The position numbers and the translations under genes are program-made. From positions 416,001-480,000 of the forward strand of contig JAVJQW010000057.1 of assembly GCA_040218735.1 (NCBI GenBank): 64,000 nucleotides of DNA. Reading direction: 5' to 3'. Under the pieces are notes generated by a model. It was not told the DNA's origin. It ran no database searches and saw only the letters and a program-made list of their open reading frames with translations. This stretch comes from Deltaproteobacteria bacterium (GTDB lineage Bacteria; Myxococcota; Kuafuiibacteriia; Kuafuiibacteriales; Kuafuiibacteriaceae). This document shows, piece after piece, positions 42,327 through 50,621 of the stretch; the first letter of the stretch is position 1, and the number at the start of each line of letters is the position of its first letter.

Positions 42327-44555
42327 GTGACTGCGCCCCGTTGGTTCCGCCCCTACCTCGTCGTTTCGGGCGTTCTGTTGGCGCTCCTCGTCGGCGCCGT
42401 CGGCACCGGTGCCTACGTCCGGTCGCGCGCGTTGGCGCGCGTCGACGCCTGGTTGTCGGGGCGTCGCCTCACCTCCACCCCCGCCCTACGCGCGCGGGAC
42501 GAGCTGATCGCGGTCGGCGATTCAGTCGATCCTCGTGCACTGGAGACGACGTTGGCCTCGATGGGTTACGTCGCCCGCGACGGCTCGCAGCCGGGGTCTT
42601 ACCGCGTCGATGGCAGCGACGTCGTCGTCCACTCGACCCCGACGCCGACGTGCGAGGAACGTGCGCTTCGCATCTCGACCCGCGACGGACGCGTCGTCTC
42701 CATCACCGGCTTCGACGGACGACAGACCGACCGCGCCCACCTCCGCGGGATCGTCGTCGAGCAGATGGCGAGCACCGATCGCGTCGTTCGAAAGCCGGTC
42801 GCGCTGGACGCGTTCGGCGAGCACATCCCCGCCGCCGTGATCGCCGCGGAGGACCGACGCTTCTACGAACACGAGGGGATCGATCTGCGCGCGATCGCGC
42901 GCGCCGCGTGGGCGGACGTCGCCGCCGGTGAGCTCGTGCAGGGCGGCAGCACGATCACGCAACAGCTCGCGAAGAACCTCTTCCTCGAACCCGAGCGATC
43001 CTTCGTTCGAAAGGCACGTGAAGCCGTCCTCGCCCACGCCCTCGAAGCCCGCCTCGACAAGGACGACATCCTGGAGGCCTACCTCAACGTCATCTACCTC
43101 GGACGCGCGGGCAACGAAGAGATCGTCGGCGTGGAGCGCGCCGCGCAGGTCTACTTCGGCAAAGCGGCCGCCTGCCTCTCTCCCGCCGAGGCCGCCGTCA
43201 TCGCCGGGATGATCCGCGCCCCCAACAAACTCTCCGTCCTCCGCCACCCCGAAGCCGCCCTCGCGCGCGCCCGTCAGGTGCGCACCCAGCTCGGCGCCAA
43301 CTGGCCGCTCGACGACCTCGACCTCGGCGCCCAAGACACCGCGACGACGGATGGCCTCGGCCTCGCGCCCTACTTCGCCGACTTCGTCGAGAGCCACCTC
43401 GATCCAGAGCGCGCGACACGCCAGGTCATCACGACGATCGACCCCGCCCTGCAGCGCTCCGCCGCTGACGCGCTCCGCGCCGGTATCGAACGGGTCCGCA
43501 CCGAACACGGCGTCGACGTCGAAGGCGCCTTCGTGACGATCGAAGCCTCGACCGGTCGCATCCTCGCGCTCGTCGGCGGCAGTGACTACGCGGACACCCC
43601 GTTCAACCGCGCGGTCTACGCGCGACGTCAGATCGGCTCGCTCGTGAAGCCACTCATCGCGCTCGCCGCGTTCGACGAGGGCATCGCTCACCCGCGCACG
43701 ATGATCGAAGACGCACCCGTCGCGATTCAGGTCGATCGCCGCACGACGTGGCGCCCGCAGAACTACGACTTCTCGTACCGCGGCTACATGAGCGTGCGCG
43801 GAGCGCTCACCCACTCCGTCAACCTGCCTTTCGTCGCGCTCACGCGTCAGCTCGGAACGGAGCGCGTCGCTGCACATCTGCGGAGCCTCGGGCTCGAAGC
43901 CGAAGCGCACCCATCGATCGCGCTCGGCGCGGTCGACGCGTCGCCTCTCGAGGTCGCGGGCGCCTTCGCCGCCATCGCGCGAGACGGCCGCGCCGTGCGG
44001 CCGTACGCGATCGAAGCGATCGTCGATGTCGATGGCGAGATCGAGACCCACGAACCGGTGCGACGCACGGTCGCTTCGGACCAGGCCGCGTTCCTCGTCT
44101 TCGACACCATGCGCTCCGTGGTGAACCGAGGGACCGCGTGGCGAATCCGCCGCGAAGGTTACGACCACGACCTCGCGGCGAAGACCGGCACCAGCGACGA
44201 CGCCCACGACCTCTGGTTGGTCGCCGCCGACCACGAGCGCGTCACCGTGATCTGGATCGGCGCCGACCAGCCTCGCGCCATCCCGACTTCGTCCGGGCAC
44301 GTCACGCCCGCGATCTTCGTCGCGGCGATGTCCGGGGCCCCCAGTATCGGGGCGCCGTCCGAGTACCCGCCGCCGCTCGCGGTGGAGCAGCACCAGATCT
44401 GCGGGCTGACCGGCGCCCGCGCCACGCCGGAGTGTCCTCACGTATCCACTGAATATCTCCCGGCGGGCGCGAAGCTCTTCGCGTGTCCGGTCCACGCGCC
44501 GCCCCCCGCGTTTCACGCGGACGCTCGCCCGGCGCCGGCCGCTGTTTCATTTTGA
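42327..44555 (+). CDS. Class A penicillin-binding protein (PBP1b-like transglycosylase/transpeptidase)
   Basis: N-terminal TM; EDRRFYEHEG, GGSTITQQLAKN, SLVK, SVN and KTG motifs. Confidence 0.92.
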   Translation: MTAPRWFRPYLVVSGVLLALLVGAVGTGAYVRSRALARVDAWLSGRRLTSTPALRARDELIAVGDSVDPRALETTLASMGYVARDGSQPGSYRVDGSDVVVHSTPTPTCEERALRISTRDGRVVSITGFDGRQTDRAHLRGIVVEQMASTDRVVRKPVALDAFGEHIPAAVIAAEDRRFYEHEGIDLRAIARAAWADVAAGELVQGGSTITQQLAKNLFLEPERSFVRKAREAVLAHALEARLDKDDILEAYLNVIYLGRAGNEEIVGVERAAQVYFGKAAACLSPAEAAVIAGMIRAPNKLSVLRHPEAALARARQVRTQLGANWPLDDLDLGAQDTATTDGLGLAPYFADFVESHLDPERATRQVITTIDPALQRSAADALRAGIERVRTEHGVDVEGAFVTIEASTGRILALVGGSDYADTPFNRAVYARRQIGSLVKPLIALAAFDEGIAHPRTMIEDAPVAIQVDRRTTWRPQNYDFSYRGYMSVRGALTHSVNLPFVALTRQLGTERVAAHLRSLGLEAEAHPSIALGAVDASPLEVAGAFAAIARDGRAVRPYAIEAIVDVDGEIETHEPVRRTVASDQAAFLVFDTMRSVVNRGTAWRIRREGYDHDLAAKTGTSDDAHDLWLVAADHERVTVIWIGADQPRAIPTSSGHVTPAIFVAAMSGAPSIGAPSEYPPPLAVEQHQICGLTGARATPECPHVSTEYLPAGAKLFACPVHAPPPAFHADARPAPAAVSF

Positions 44556-44619
44556 ACCAGCGCTTCGTCCGATGCGGCATCACGCAACGGACCCGACGGC
44601 GCCCCGATAACGATCATGA

Positions 44620-44931
44620 GTGAAGGTGGCGTGCACATGGCCGGTCGACGCGTTGCGCGCGATCCTGGTCCTCAACGCGATCGACGCGATCCTCACCGTG
44701 CTGTGGATTCAGCTCGGGTTCGCGTCGGAGGCCAACCCCATCCTCGCGGAGCTCGCCCACGGCGAGCCCGTGGTGTTCGTCGCCACGAAGCTCGCCCTGG
44801 TCTCCCTCGGCGTGCTGCTCCTCGTACGTCACACGGCACGACGCTTCGCGCGTGCTGCGGTCGGTGGAGGGCTCCTCGCCTATTCGGCGGTGTTCGCCTT
44901 CCACCTCTCGTTCGTGGTCGGACTCGCGTAG
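44620..44931 (+). CDS. Small membrane protein (DUF5658-like)
   Basis: LNAIDAILT..G.A.EANP..F...KL pattern. Confidence 0.75.
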   Translation: MKVACTWPVDALRAILVLNAIDAILTVLWIQLGFASEANPILAELAHGEPVVFVATKLALVSLGVLLLVRHTARRFARAAVGGGLLAYSAVFAFHLSFVVGLA

Positions 44932-45010
44932 TCGACTTCCGTGCGGGGCGACTTCGTGCGCGCCGTGGCAGTTGGCCACGACGCGGGCGATCGAAGGGAC
45001 GCGTCGAGCG

Positions 45011-45027
45011 CTGGCAAACATTCTGCA
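45011..45027 (+). promoter_or_regulatory. Putative sigma54 -24/-12 promoter
   Basis: CTGGCAAACATTCTGCA has GG-N10-GC spacing; ATG follows 14 nt after the GC. Confidence 0.55.
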
Positions 45028-45040
45028 AAGCAGACCCTGC

Positions 45041-46594
45041 ATGCCCACGACGAGACTCCCCCTCCTCGCCCTCGCGACCACGTTCGTCGCACCGACCGCC
45101 TACGCCTACGAGATCGGGTCCCCGGTCGCCGTCGAGTGCCACGAGAGGCTGACGCGCTACGCCGTCGCTGAGGCCCGCCGCGCGACGAACACCGCCATCG
45201 CCCCTGCGCTCGATGACGACCAGCGCGCGTTGTTCGAAGACCTCCCGTTCGAGACCGACAGCGACGACGGATTCGGCTCGTGGATCACCGTGCTCGCCAA
45301 CCGGAGCCTCGACCTGGGGAGCAACGAAGCGACCAACCTCGACAAACTCGCTTTTGTGCACGGCGCAGAGGAGAACCAGAAGAAGCACTGCCTCCGGCGT
45401 TCTCCCCAAGACGGCCCCGAGGGCGCGCGCGCCGCGCTCGAGGAGTGCCGCGACTTCATCCGCTCACAGGTCGAGCTCGCGATCGGCGGCCTCGACGCGG
45501 ACGGCAACATCGACCGAACGCGCACGATCCGCTTCCCAGCCACACTCTCGATTCGCGGTGACTTCGACCTCGAAGCGCCGCAGTTCTACGTCGGGCTCGG
45601 CCGCGCGCTCCACACCCTGCAGGATTCGTTCAGCCACACCTACCGAACGCCCGACGACCTACGCGTGACGACCGTCCTCAACTGGGCCGAGCTCGCCGAA
45701 GCGACACACGATCCCTCCGTCGACGGCCCGACACACGCGGGCCAGCTCGACGTTTGCGTCGACCTCGACGACTTCCGCGACGGGCGCCTCCGCATGGCGC
45801 GCTCCGCCTCCGTCGAGCTCGCGACGCTCCTCTACGACCGCTCGCTGAGCGCCGACGACAAACGCGCTGCGACGCAGGACATCCTCGACACCTACCTCAC
45901 CTACGAACCCGGCTGCTCGGCATCCAACAACTGGTGTGACGCACCCGAGGCGGCGTTCGGCGACCCCGAGCCCGTGACGTGCTCCGACGCGGGAAGCGCC
46001 GCCGACGGCGGGCTCGCGCTCGGCTTTGCGCTGTTCGGCTTCGTCCTGATGCGACGCCGCCGAAAGTGGATCCCGTGGGTCGGCCTCGCCCTCGTCTTCA
46101 CCTTCGCGCCGAGCCGCGCCGAAGCGAGTGACTTCGGGCTGTACGTCTCCGGCAGCGGCGCCGTCATGAACTCCGCGGTGTCCACCTCGATCGGCGGACG
46201 CTACGCGTTGAGCGAGCAGTGGGTCATCGGCCTCGACGGTGAATGGAATCCGTGGCTGAACGGCACGGACTCCGTCCGCAGCGGCGTCGTCAACGCGTAC
46301 GGCACCGTGATCTTCCGCGTTCCGCTCGAGGACGACAACCTCAACCTCCGCACCACGCTCCAGCTCGGCGTGTCGCGCATGATGTTCGACCTCGTCGGCG
46401 TCCCGGAGGGCAGCATCGGTCCGTACGTCGGCTTCAACCCGCTCGGCATCGAGTGGCGCATGGCCGACGAGGTGTTCCTGATCATCGACCCGGCCCACAT
46501 CAGCGTTCCGGTGCCGCAGTTCCGCGCGGTCCCGTTTGCGTTTCCGCAGTACCGCGTGACGCTCGGCCTGCAGTGGGGTGGCTTCGACCGATGA
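45041..46594 (+). CDS. Secreted Zn-phospholipase-C/P1-nuclease-like domain + internal MYXO-CTERM-like segment + second signal peptide + beta-barrel-like domain
   Basis: Signal ending AYA; CHERLT and LGRALHTLQDSFSH motifs; CS..GLALGFALFGFVLMRRRRK; WIPWVGLALVFTFAPSRAEA; alternating beta-strands ending YRVTLGLQW. Confidence 0.75.
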   Translation: MPTTRLPLLALATTFVAPTAYAYEIGSPVAVECHERLTRYAVAEARRATNTAIAPALDDDQRALFEDLPFETDSDDGFGSWITVLANRSLDLGSNEATNLDKLAFVHGAEENQKKHCLRRSPQDGPEGARAALEECRDFIRSQVELAIGGLDADGNIDRTRTIRFPATLSIRGDFDLEAPQFYVGLGRALHTLQDSFSHTYRTPDDLRVTTVLNWAELAEATHDPSVDGPTHAGQLDVCVDLDDFRDGRLRMARSASVELATLLYDRSLSADDKRAATQDILDTYLTYEPGCSASNNWCDAPEAAFGDPEPVTCSDAGSAADGGLALGFALFGFVLMRRRRKWIPWVGLALVFTFAPSRAEASDFGLYVSGSGAVMNSAVSTSIGGRYALSEQWVIGLDGEWNPWLNGTDSVRSGVVNAYGTVIFRVPLEDDNLNLRTTLQLGVSRMMFDLVGVPEGSIGPYVGFNPLGIEWRMADEVFLIIDPAHISVPVPQFRAVPFAFPQYRVTLGLQWGGFDR

Positions 46595-47328
46595 GCTCCC
46601 TGATCGTCGGACTCGAGCGACGCGCGCGTCGTTCGAGTCTGGGCACACTCCTCGTCAGCCCACGCACGCGATGGATCGCAGCCACGACCCTCGTGCTCGC
46701 CACCGTGTGGGTCCTCGTTCGGCTGGTCTTGTTGGCGATCGGTCAGTCGCCCCCGGCGTTCGACGTCGAGCTCGTCCGCATGTTCCGCTCCGCCGTCGAC
46801 ACGACGCTCCCGCGCGGACCGAGCTGGGTCCGGTCCGGCGCTCGTGATGTCACCGCGCTCGGCGGCCCCGTGCTCCTCACCCTGGCGGTGCTGGCGTCGT
46901 GCGCCTACCTCGCGCTGCGTCGGCAGCTGAAGGGCATCGTCGTGCTGGTCACCGCGACGGTCGGCGGCATCGTCCTCGCGTACGGGCTCAAGGGGATCAT
47001 CGGCCGCCCGCGACCGCCGTTCCTCGAGCACTCCGCGCATCCGCTCGCGTCGAGCTTCCCGAGCGGTCACACCACGATGTCCGCCATCGTCTACCTCACG
47101 ATCGCGGCGGTGCTCGTTCGCCTCGTCCGTGAGCCCGGCGTGCGCCGGTTCATGATCGGGACTGCGCTCCTCCTGACCCTCCTCGTCGGCGCGAGCCGCG
47201 TCTACCTCGCGGCGCACTACCCGACGGACGTCCTCGCCGGGTGGTTGATCGGATCGGTGTGGGCCACGCTGTGGGCCCTCGTCGCGCGATCGCTGCAACG
47301 CACCGAGCACCTCGAGGCCGCGCGCTGA
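46591..47328 (+). CDS. PAP2-family membrane phosphatase
   Basis: K.IIGRPRP, SFPSGH and SRVYLAAHYPTDV motifs; ATGA-coupled to the upstream gene. Confidence 0.93.
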   Translation: MSSLIVGLERRARRSSLGTLLVSPRTRWIAATTLVLATVWVLVRLVLLAIGQSPPAFDVELVRMFRSAVDTTLPRGPSWVRSGARDVTALGGPVLLTLAVLASCAYLALRRQLKGIVVLVTATVGGIVLAYGLKGIIGRPRPPFLEHSAHPLASSFPSGHTTMSAIVYLTIAAVLVRLVREPGVRRFMIGTALLLTLLVGASRVYLAAHYPTDVLAGWLIGSVWATLWALVARSLQRTEHLEAAR

Positions 47329-47334
47329 AGCGAC

Positions 47335-48219
47335 TCAGAGGTGCGCGCGCAGCGTCGCGAGGAGCCGCGCCCAGGCGCGCTCGGCCTGCGCTTCGTCGTA
47401 GACGGGCGAGTCGATCGTGCACCAGCCGTGCTGCGCCGAGTACACCTCGACCTCCGCGGGTCGGTCCGCCGCCTTCGCGGTTTCGGCGAGCACGGTCTTC
47501 GCCTCCGGCTGCCGTTCGTCGTCATTCTGCGCCACGCAGATCAACGCGGCGGCCTGCATCTGCTCCAGGAGTCGATGCGGGCTCGTCGGGTCGTCGGTGA
47601 CGAGCCCACCGCCGTGGAACGAGCCGATCGCACCTACGCGATCCGGTGCGGCCGCCGCGGTTCGGAACGTGAACGGCCCGCCCATGCAGTAACCGGTCGT
47701 GCCGATCTTCTTGTCGGTGTCGACCTCCGGCTGTTCGTCGAGCCACGCGACGAACGCGGCGCCGTCGCGCGTGATCGCTTCGTGCGTGAGCGCCTCGCGC
47801 ATCGGCTTGATCTTCGCGCGCCCCTCTTCCGTCCTCCACTCCGCGAACGTCTCCATCACCGGCAACTTCGACGAGCGGTAGTACGGGTTCACGGCGAGGA
47901 CCGCGTACCCCGACGTCGCGAGCCGCGTCGCCATCGTGCGGTACGCGTCACGGAGGCCCGCGACGTCCGGCCACACGAGGACGGCGGGGTGACGCCCTTC
48001 GGCGGGCGCGACGAAGAAGGCTTCGGCTTCACCGTCGGGCGTCGTGATCGTTGCGGCGCGGCTCTTCGTCTGCGACGCGGCGGCGGGCGCCCCTCCCGCC
48101 TTGCAGCCGGTCAGCGCCGCAGCGACGACGACCCCCGCGCCGATGCCGACCTCGCGCCGGTTGAGGCGAACGCGCTCCAGGTACGCTTCGTTTTCGAGCT
48201 CGGTGGCGTCGTCACACAT
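47335..48219 (-). CDS. Dienelactone hydrolase family protein with Tat/lipoprotein-like leader
   Basis: NRRE..LTGC leader; GYCMGG, SFHGG and HGW motifs. Confidence 0.9.
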   Translation of the reverse strand: MCDDATELENEAYLERVRLNRREVGIGAGVVVAAALTGCKAGGAPAAASQTKSRAATITTPDGEAEAFFVAPAEGRHPAVLVWPDVAGLRDAYRTMATRLATSGYAVLAVNPYYRSSKLPVMETFAEWRTEEGRAKIKPMREALTHEAITRDGAAFVAWLDEQPEVDTDKKIGTTGYCMGGPFTFRTAAAAPDRVGAIGSFHGGGLVTDDPTSPHRLLEQMQAAALICVAQNDDERQPEAKTVLAETAKAADRPAEVEVYSAQHGWCTIDSPVYDEAQAERAWARLLATLRAHL

Positions 48220-48248
48220 GCGCGCGGGAGTCTACGCGCGGGCGGGGT

Positions 48249-48491
48249 CTATTGCATCAGCGTGAGGAGCTGCGAGGAGGTGAACGCGAGGCCGTGGGTC
48301 ACCCAGTGGATCGTCTGCAGGAGCGGCTCCGACGCGATCGCGAGGCCCACGAAACCCGCCGCGAGCGGGAGCCAACGACGCAGCTGCGTGCGGCGCTCCA
48401 CGTGGTTCATCACGCGCGCCGTGAACAACGCTCCGTCGAGCTCGGGTTCGTCACTTCGTAGAAGCTCTGCGATCGCCTGGTCGTCCATCAT
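48249..48491 (-). CDS. Small single-TM protein, probable anti-sigma factor
   Basis: Overlaps the ECF gene end; D..FT.RVM motif followed by a TM segment. Confidence 0.6.
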   Translation of the reverse strand: MMDDQAIAELLRSDEPELDGALFTARVMNHVERRTQLRRWLPLAAGFVGLAIASEPLLQTIHWVTHGLAFTSSQLLTLMQ

Positions 48492-48996
48492 CGTAACGCT
48501 CCTGGATGCGCGCCCTACCGCGCGTGATGTGAGATTTGACGGTGCCGAGCGGGACGTCCATGACCTCGCTCGCTTCGCGGTGGCTAAGCCCGTACACAAA
48601 ACACAGGACCATCGCGGTGCGGACGTCCTCGGGGAGCTCCGCGAGGATGCGTTGGGAGTCGACCCGCCCCGTCCGCGGTAGCGTGACGACCTCGGCGTCG
48701 ATCGCGTGGCTCAGGCGCTCGGCGCGCGCGTCCTTTCGGTACGCCATGCGGAACGCGTTGTGCGCGATCTTCATGAGCCACGCCCCGAAGCGACCGCGCG
48801 CGTCGAACGTCGATATGCGCTCCCACGCGCGAAGGAAGGTGTCTTGCGCGAGGTCGTCCGCGTGGGCGTCGTCCCGCGTGAGGTGCCGGAGGTAACCGCG
48901 GACCTTCGCCTGGTGCCGATGGACGAGGGCCTCGAACGCCGCGGCGTCCCCGAGCGCGACGACGCGCGCGACCAGCTCCTCGTCGGACGGCGACAA
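48451..48996 (-). CDS. ECF RNA polymerase sigma factor
   Basis: DEELV, ADDLAQDTFLRAW, F.AWL.KIA.N and PLGTVKSHITRG motifs. Confidence 0.93.
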   Translation of the reverse strand: MSPSDEELVARVVALGDAAAFEALVHRHQAKVRGYLRHLTRDDAHADDLAQDTFLRAWERISTFDARGRFGAWLMKIAHNAFRMAYRKDARAERLSHAIDAEVVTLPRTGRVDSQRILAELPEDVRTAMVLCFVYGLSHREASEVMDVPLGTVKSHITRGRARIQERYDDGRPGDRRASTK

Positions 48997-49005
48997 CTTT
49001 CGAAG

Positions 49006-49374
49006 CTACTGTTCTTCGCGGGCGAGGATCCACAACCCGAGGTAGGCGGCGCCGATCAACAGCGGCAGCGCGGCGACGCCGAGCACCGGGCGGATGGCCT
49101 CCGGCTCGCCCTGCACGAGGCCGGCGATAGCCAGGGCCCCGCCGATGGCGGCCCAGAACAGACCGCGCCTCAGATCCTGCTGCGGCTTCGGCGCGTCGCC
49201 GGAGATGGCCTCGAGGACCTCGGGGGACAGCTCGGACCCCTTCTCGAGCGCGAGGCGGTACGTGGCCTGGACTTCCTTCCGCAGACGGAACTTGAGGACC
49301 AGGTAGACACACACGGCCGCCCCCGTGACGAGGAACAGGACGATGGGGATCATCAGGGCGAGGGCTTCTTCCAC
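49006..49374 (-). CDS. Small membrane protein (DUF6249-like), first gene of the ECF operon
   Basis: TM - 'R.ALEKG.EL.PE' - DLRRG - two TMs; GTG start at 49374. Confidence 0.75.
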   Translation of the reverse strand: MEEALALMIPIVLFLVTGAAVCVYLVLKFRLRKEVQATYRLALEKGSELSPEVLEAISGDAPKPQQDLRRGLFWAAIGGALAIAGLVQGEPEAIRPVLGVAALPLLIGAAYLGLWILAREEQ

Positions 49375-49439
49375 GCCGGTAACGATGCGCGGGGACGAGG
49401 TTTGGATGCAGGGCGTGTCGTTTCTTTCGTGCGCGGGCG

Positions 49440-50468
49440 TCAGGGGCAGCTCGGCGGGGTCACGCAGGTGTTGCCGCTGTAGTCGTACTGGATGCAGAGG
49501 TCGCCCGGCGTGGGGCAGTCGCCGCAGAAGGCGGAGCCGTGGAAGCCGCAGGTCTGGGTCGGGAGGCACATCATGGGCGAACCCCCGCACGCGCTGATCG
49601 CACCGTCGTAGTTGACGGTCCGGACAAAGGTGAGCGGCCGATCGACGCCGACGCTCGTGCAGATCTTGTCGACGCTGGGCGAGCCGGGGGCGGTGCAGTA
49701 GTTCGCCGAGGTCTGCCCGCACTGCACGAAGACGAAGTCGCTGTAGCAGTGCCCCTGGAACTGTCCGTACACCTCGAGCCAGGATCCCGCCTCGACCTCG
49801 AGCGTGCAGACCGTCGCGCCCATCTGCGGCATCGGGCAGTTCTGGACGACGGAACCGCTGTTCACCCAGTACGCGTCCCACGGACCGATGAGCGTGACCG
49901 GGAAGGTGACCACGCCGGCGTCCGGCGCGCCGGCGTCCACCGCGCCACCGTCGTAGGGCGGAACGCCGCCGTCGTAGGGCGGAGCGCCGCCGTCGCGGAA
50001 CCCGGCGTCGAGGAAGCCTGCGTCGGGTGGGCCGCCGTCGCGGAACCCGGCGTCCGGCGCACCGGCGTCACGCGGGCCGCCGTCTCGGAGCCCAGCGTCG
50101 CGGACGCCCGAATCGAACGCGCCGGCGTCGCGCGAACCGCCGTCGTAGGCACCACCGTCGCGAGCCCCCGCGTCGCGAGGCCCCGAGTCGCGGGCACCGC
50201 CGTCGCGCCCGCCGGCGTCACGCCCACCGGCGTCACGCCCACCGGCGTCGCGGGGCCCCCCGTCGCGTGCACCCGCGTCCACCGCACCGGCGTCCACCGC
50301 GCCACCGTCGCGCACCCCAGCGTCGATCCCACCGACGTCCCGTGCGCTCGCGTCGCCAGCCCCGGCGTCGCGCTCGGGTGCGACCACGCCATCGTCGCCG
50401 CCGGCGCACGCGCTCAATGCGAAGCCGAAGACCAGCAGGAGCGTCGAGGGTGCGAGGGACGAACGCAT
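49440..50468 (-). CDS. Lipoprotein with long DAG/DGG linker and 14-Cys C-terminal domain
   Basis: Lipobox LSAC after ATG 50468; many (R/V/Y/P)D(A/G)G units. Confidence 0.82.
   Translation of the reverse strand: MRSSLAPSTLLLVFGFALSACAGGDDGVVAPERDAGAGDASARDVGGIDAGVRDGGAVDAGAVDAGARDGGPRDAGGRDAGGRDAGGRDGGARDSGPRDAGARDGGAYDGGSRDAGAFDSGVRDAGLRDGGPRDAGAPDAGFRDGGPPDAGFLDAGFRDGGAPPYDGGVPPYDGGAVDAGAPDAGVVTFPVTLIGPWDAYWVNSGSVVQNCPMPQMGATVCTLEVEAGSWLEVYGQFQGHCYSDFVFVQCGQTSANYCTAPGSPSVDKICTSVGVDRPLTFVRTVNYDGAISACGGSPMMCLPTQTCGFHGSAFCGDCPTPGDLCIQYDYSGNTCVTPPSCP
49920..50370 (-). repeat. Degenerate 15-bp coding repeats (xRDAG/xRDGG)
   Basis: Low-complexity pentapeptide array in the lipoprotein. Confidence 0.8.
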
Positions 50469-50591
50469 CTTCGACAACCCAGTGCCGCTCCCCTCGGGTT
50501 CGTTCAACCCAGGGCGTGAAGAGTTGCTCGGACACGCAAGTTCTTGCCTCGCGCGCCGACGCGCCGGGCCCAAGTCACGTCGTCGGCGGTG

Positions 50592-50608
50592 TGGCACGGC
50601 GCGTGTAA
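50592..50608 (+). promoter_or_regulatory. Possible sigma54 promoter (variant -12)
   Basis: TGGCACGGCGCGTGTAA has a perfect -24 element but GT instead of GC at -12; ATG 50622 follows 15 nt later. Confidence 0.35.
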
Positions 50609-50621
50609 TCGGTTGCGCGCC

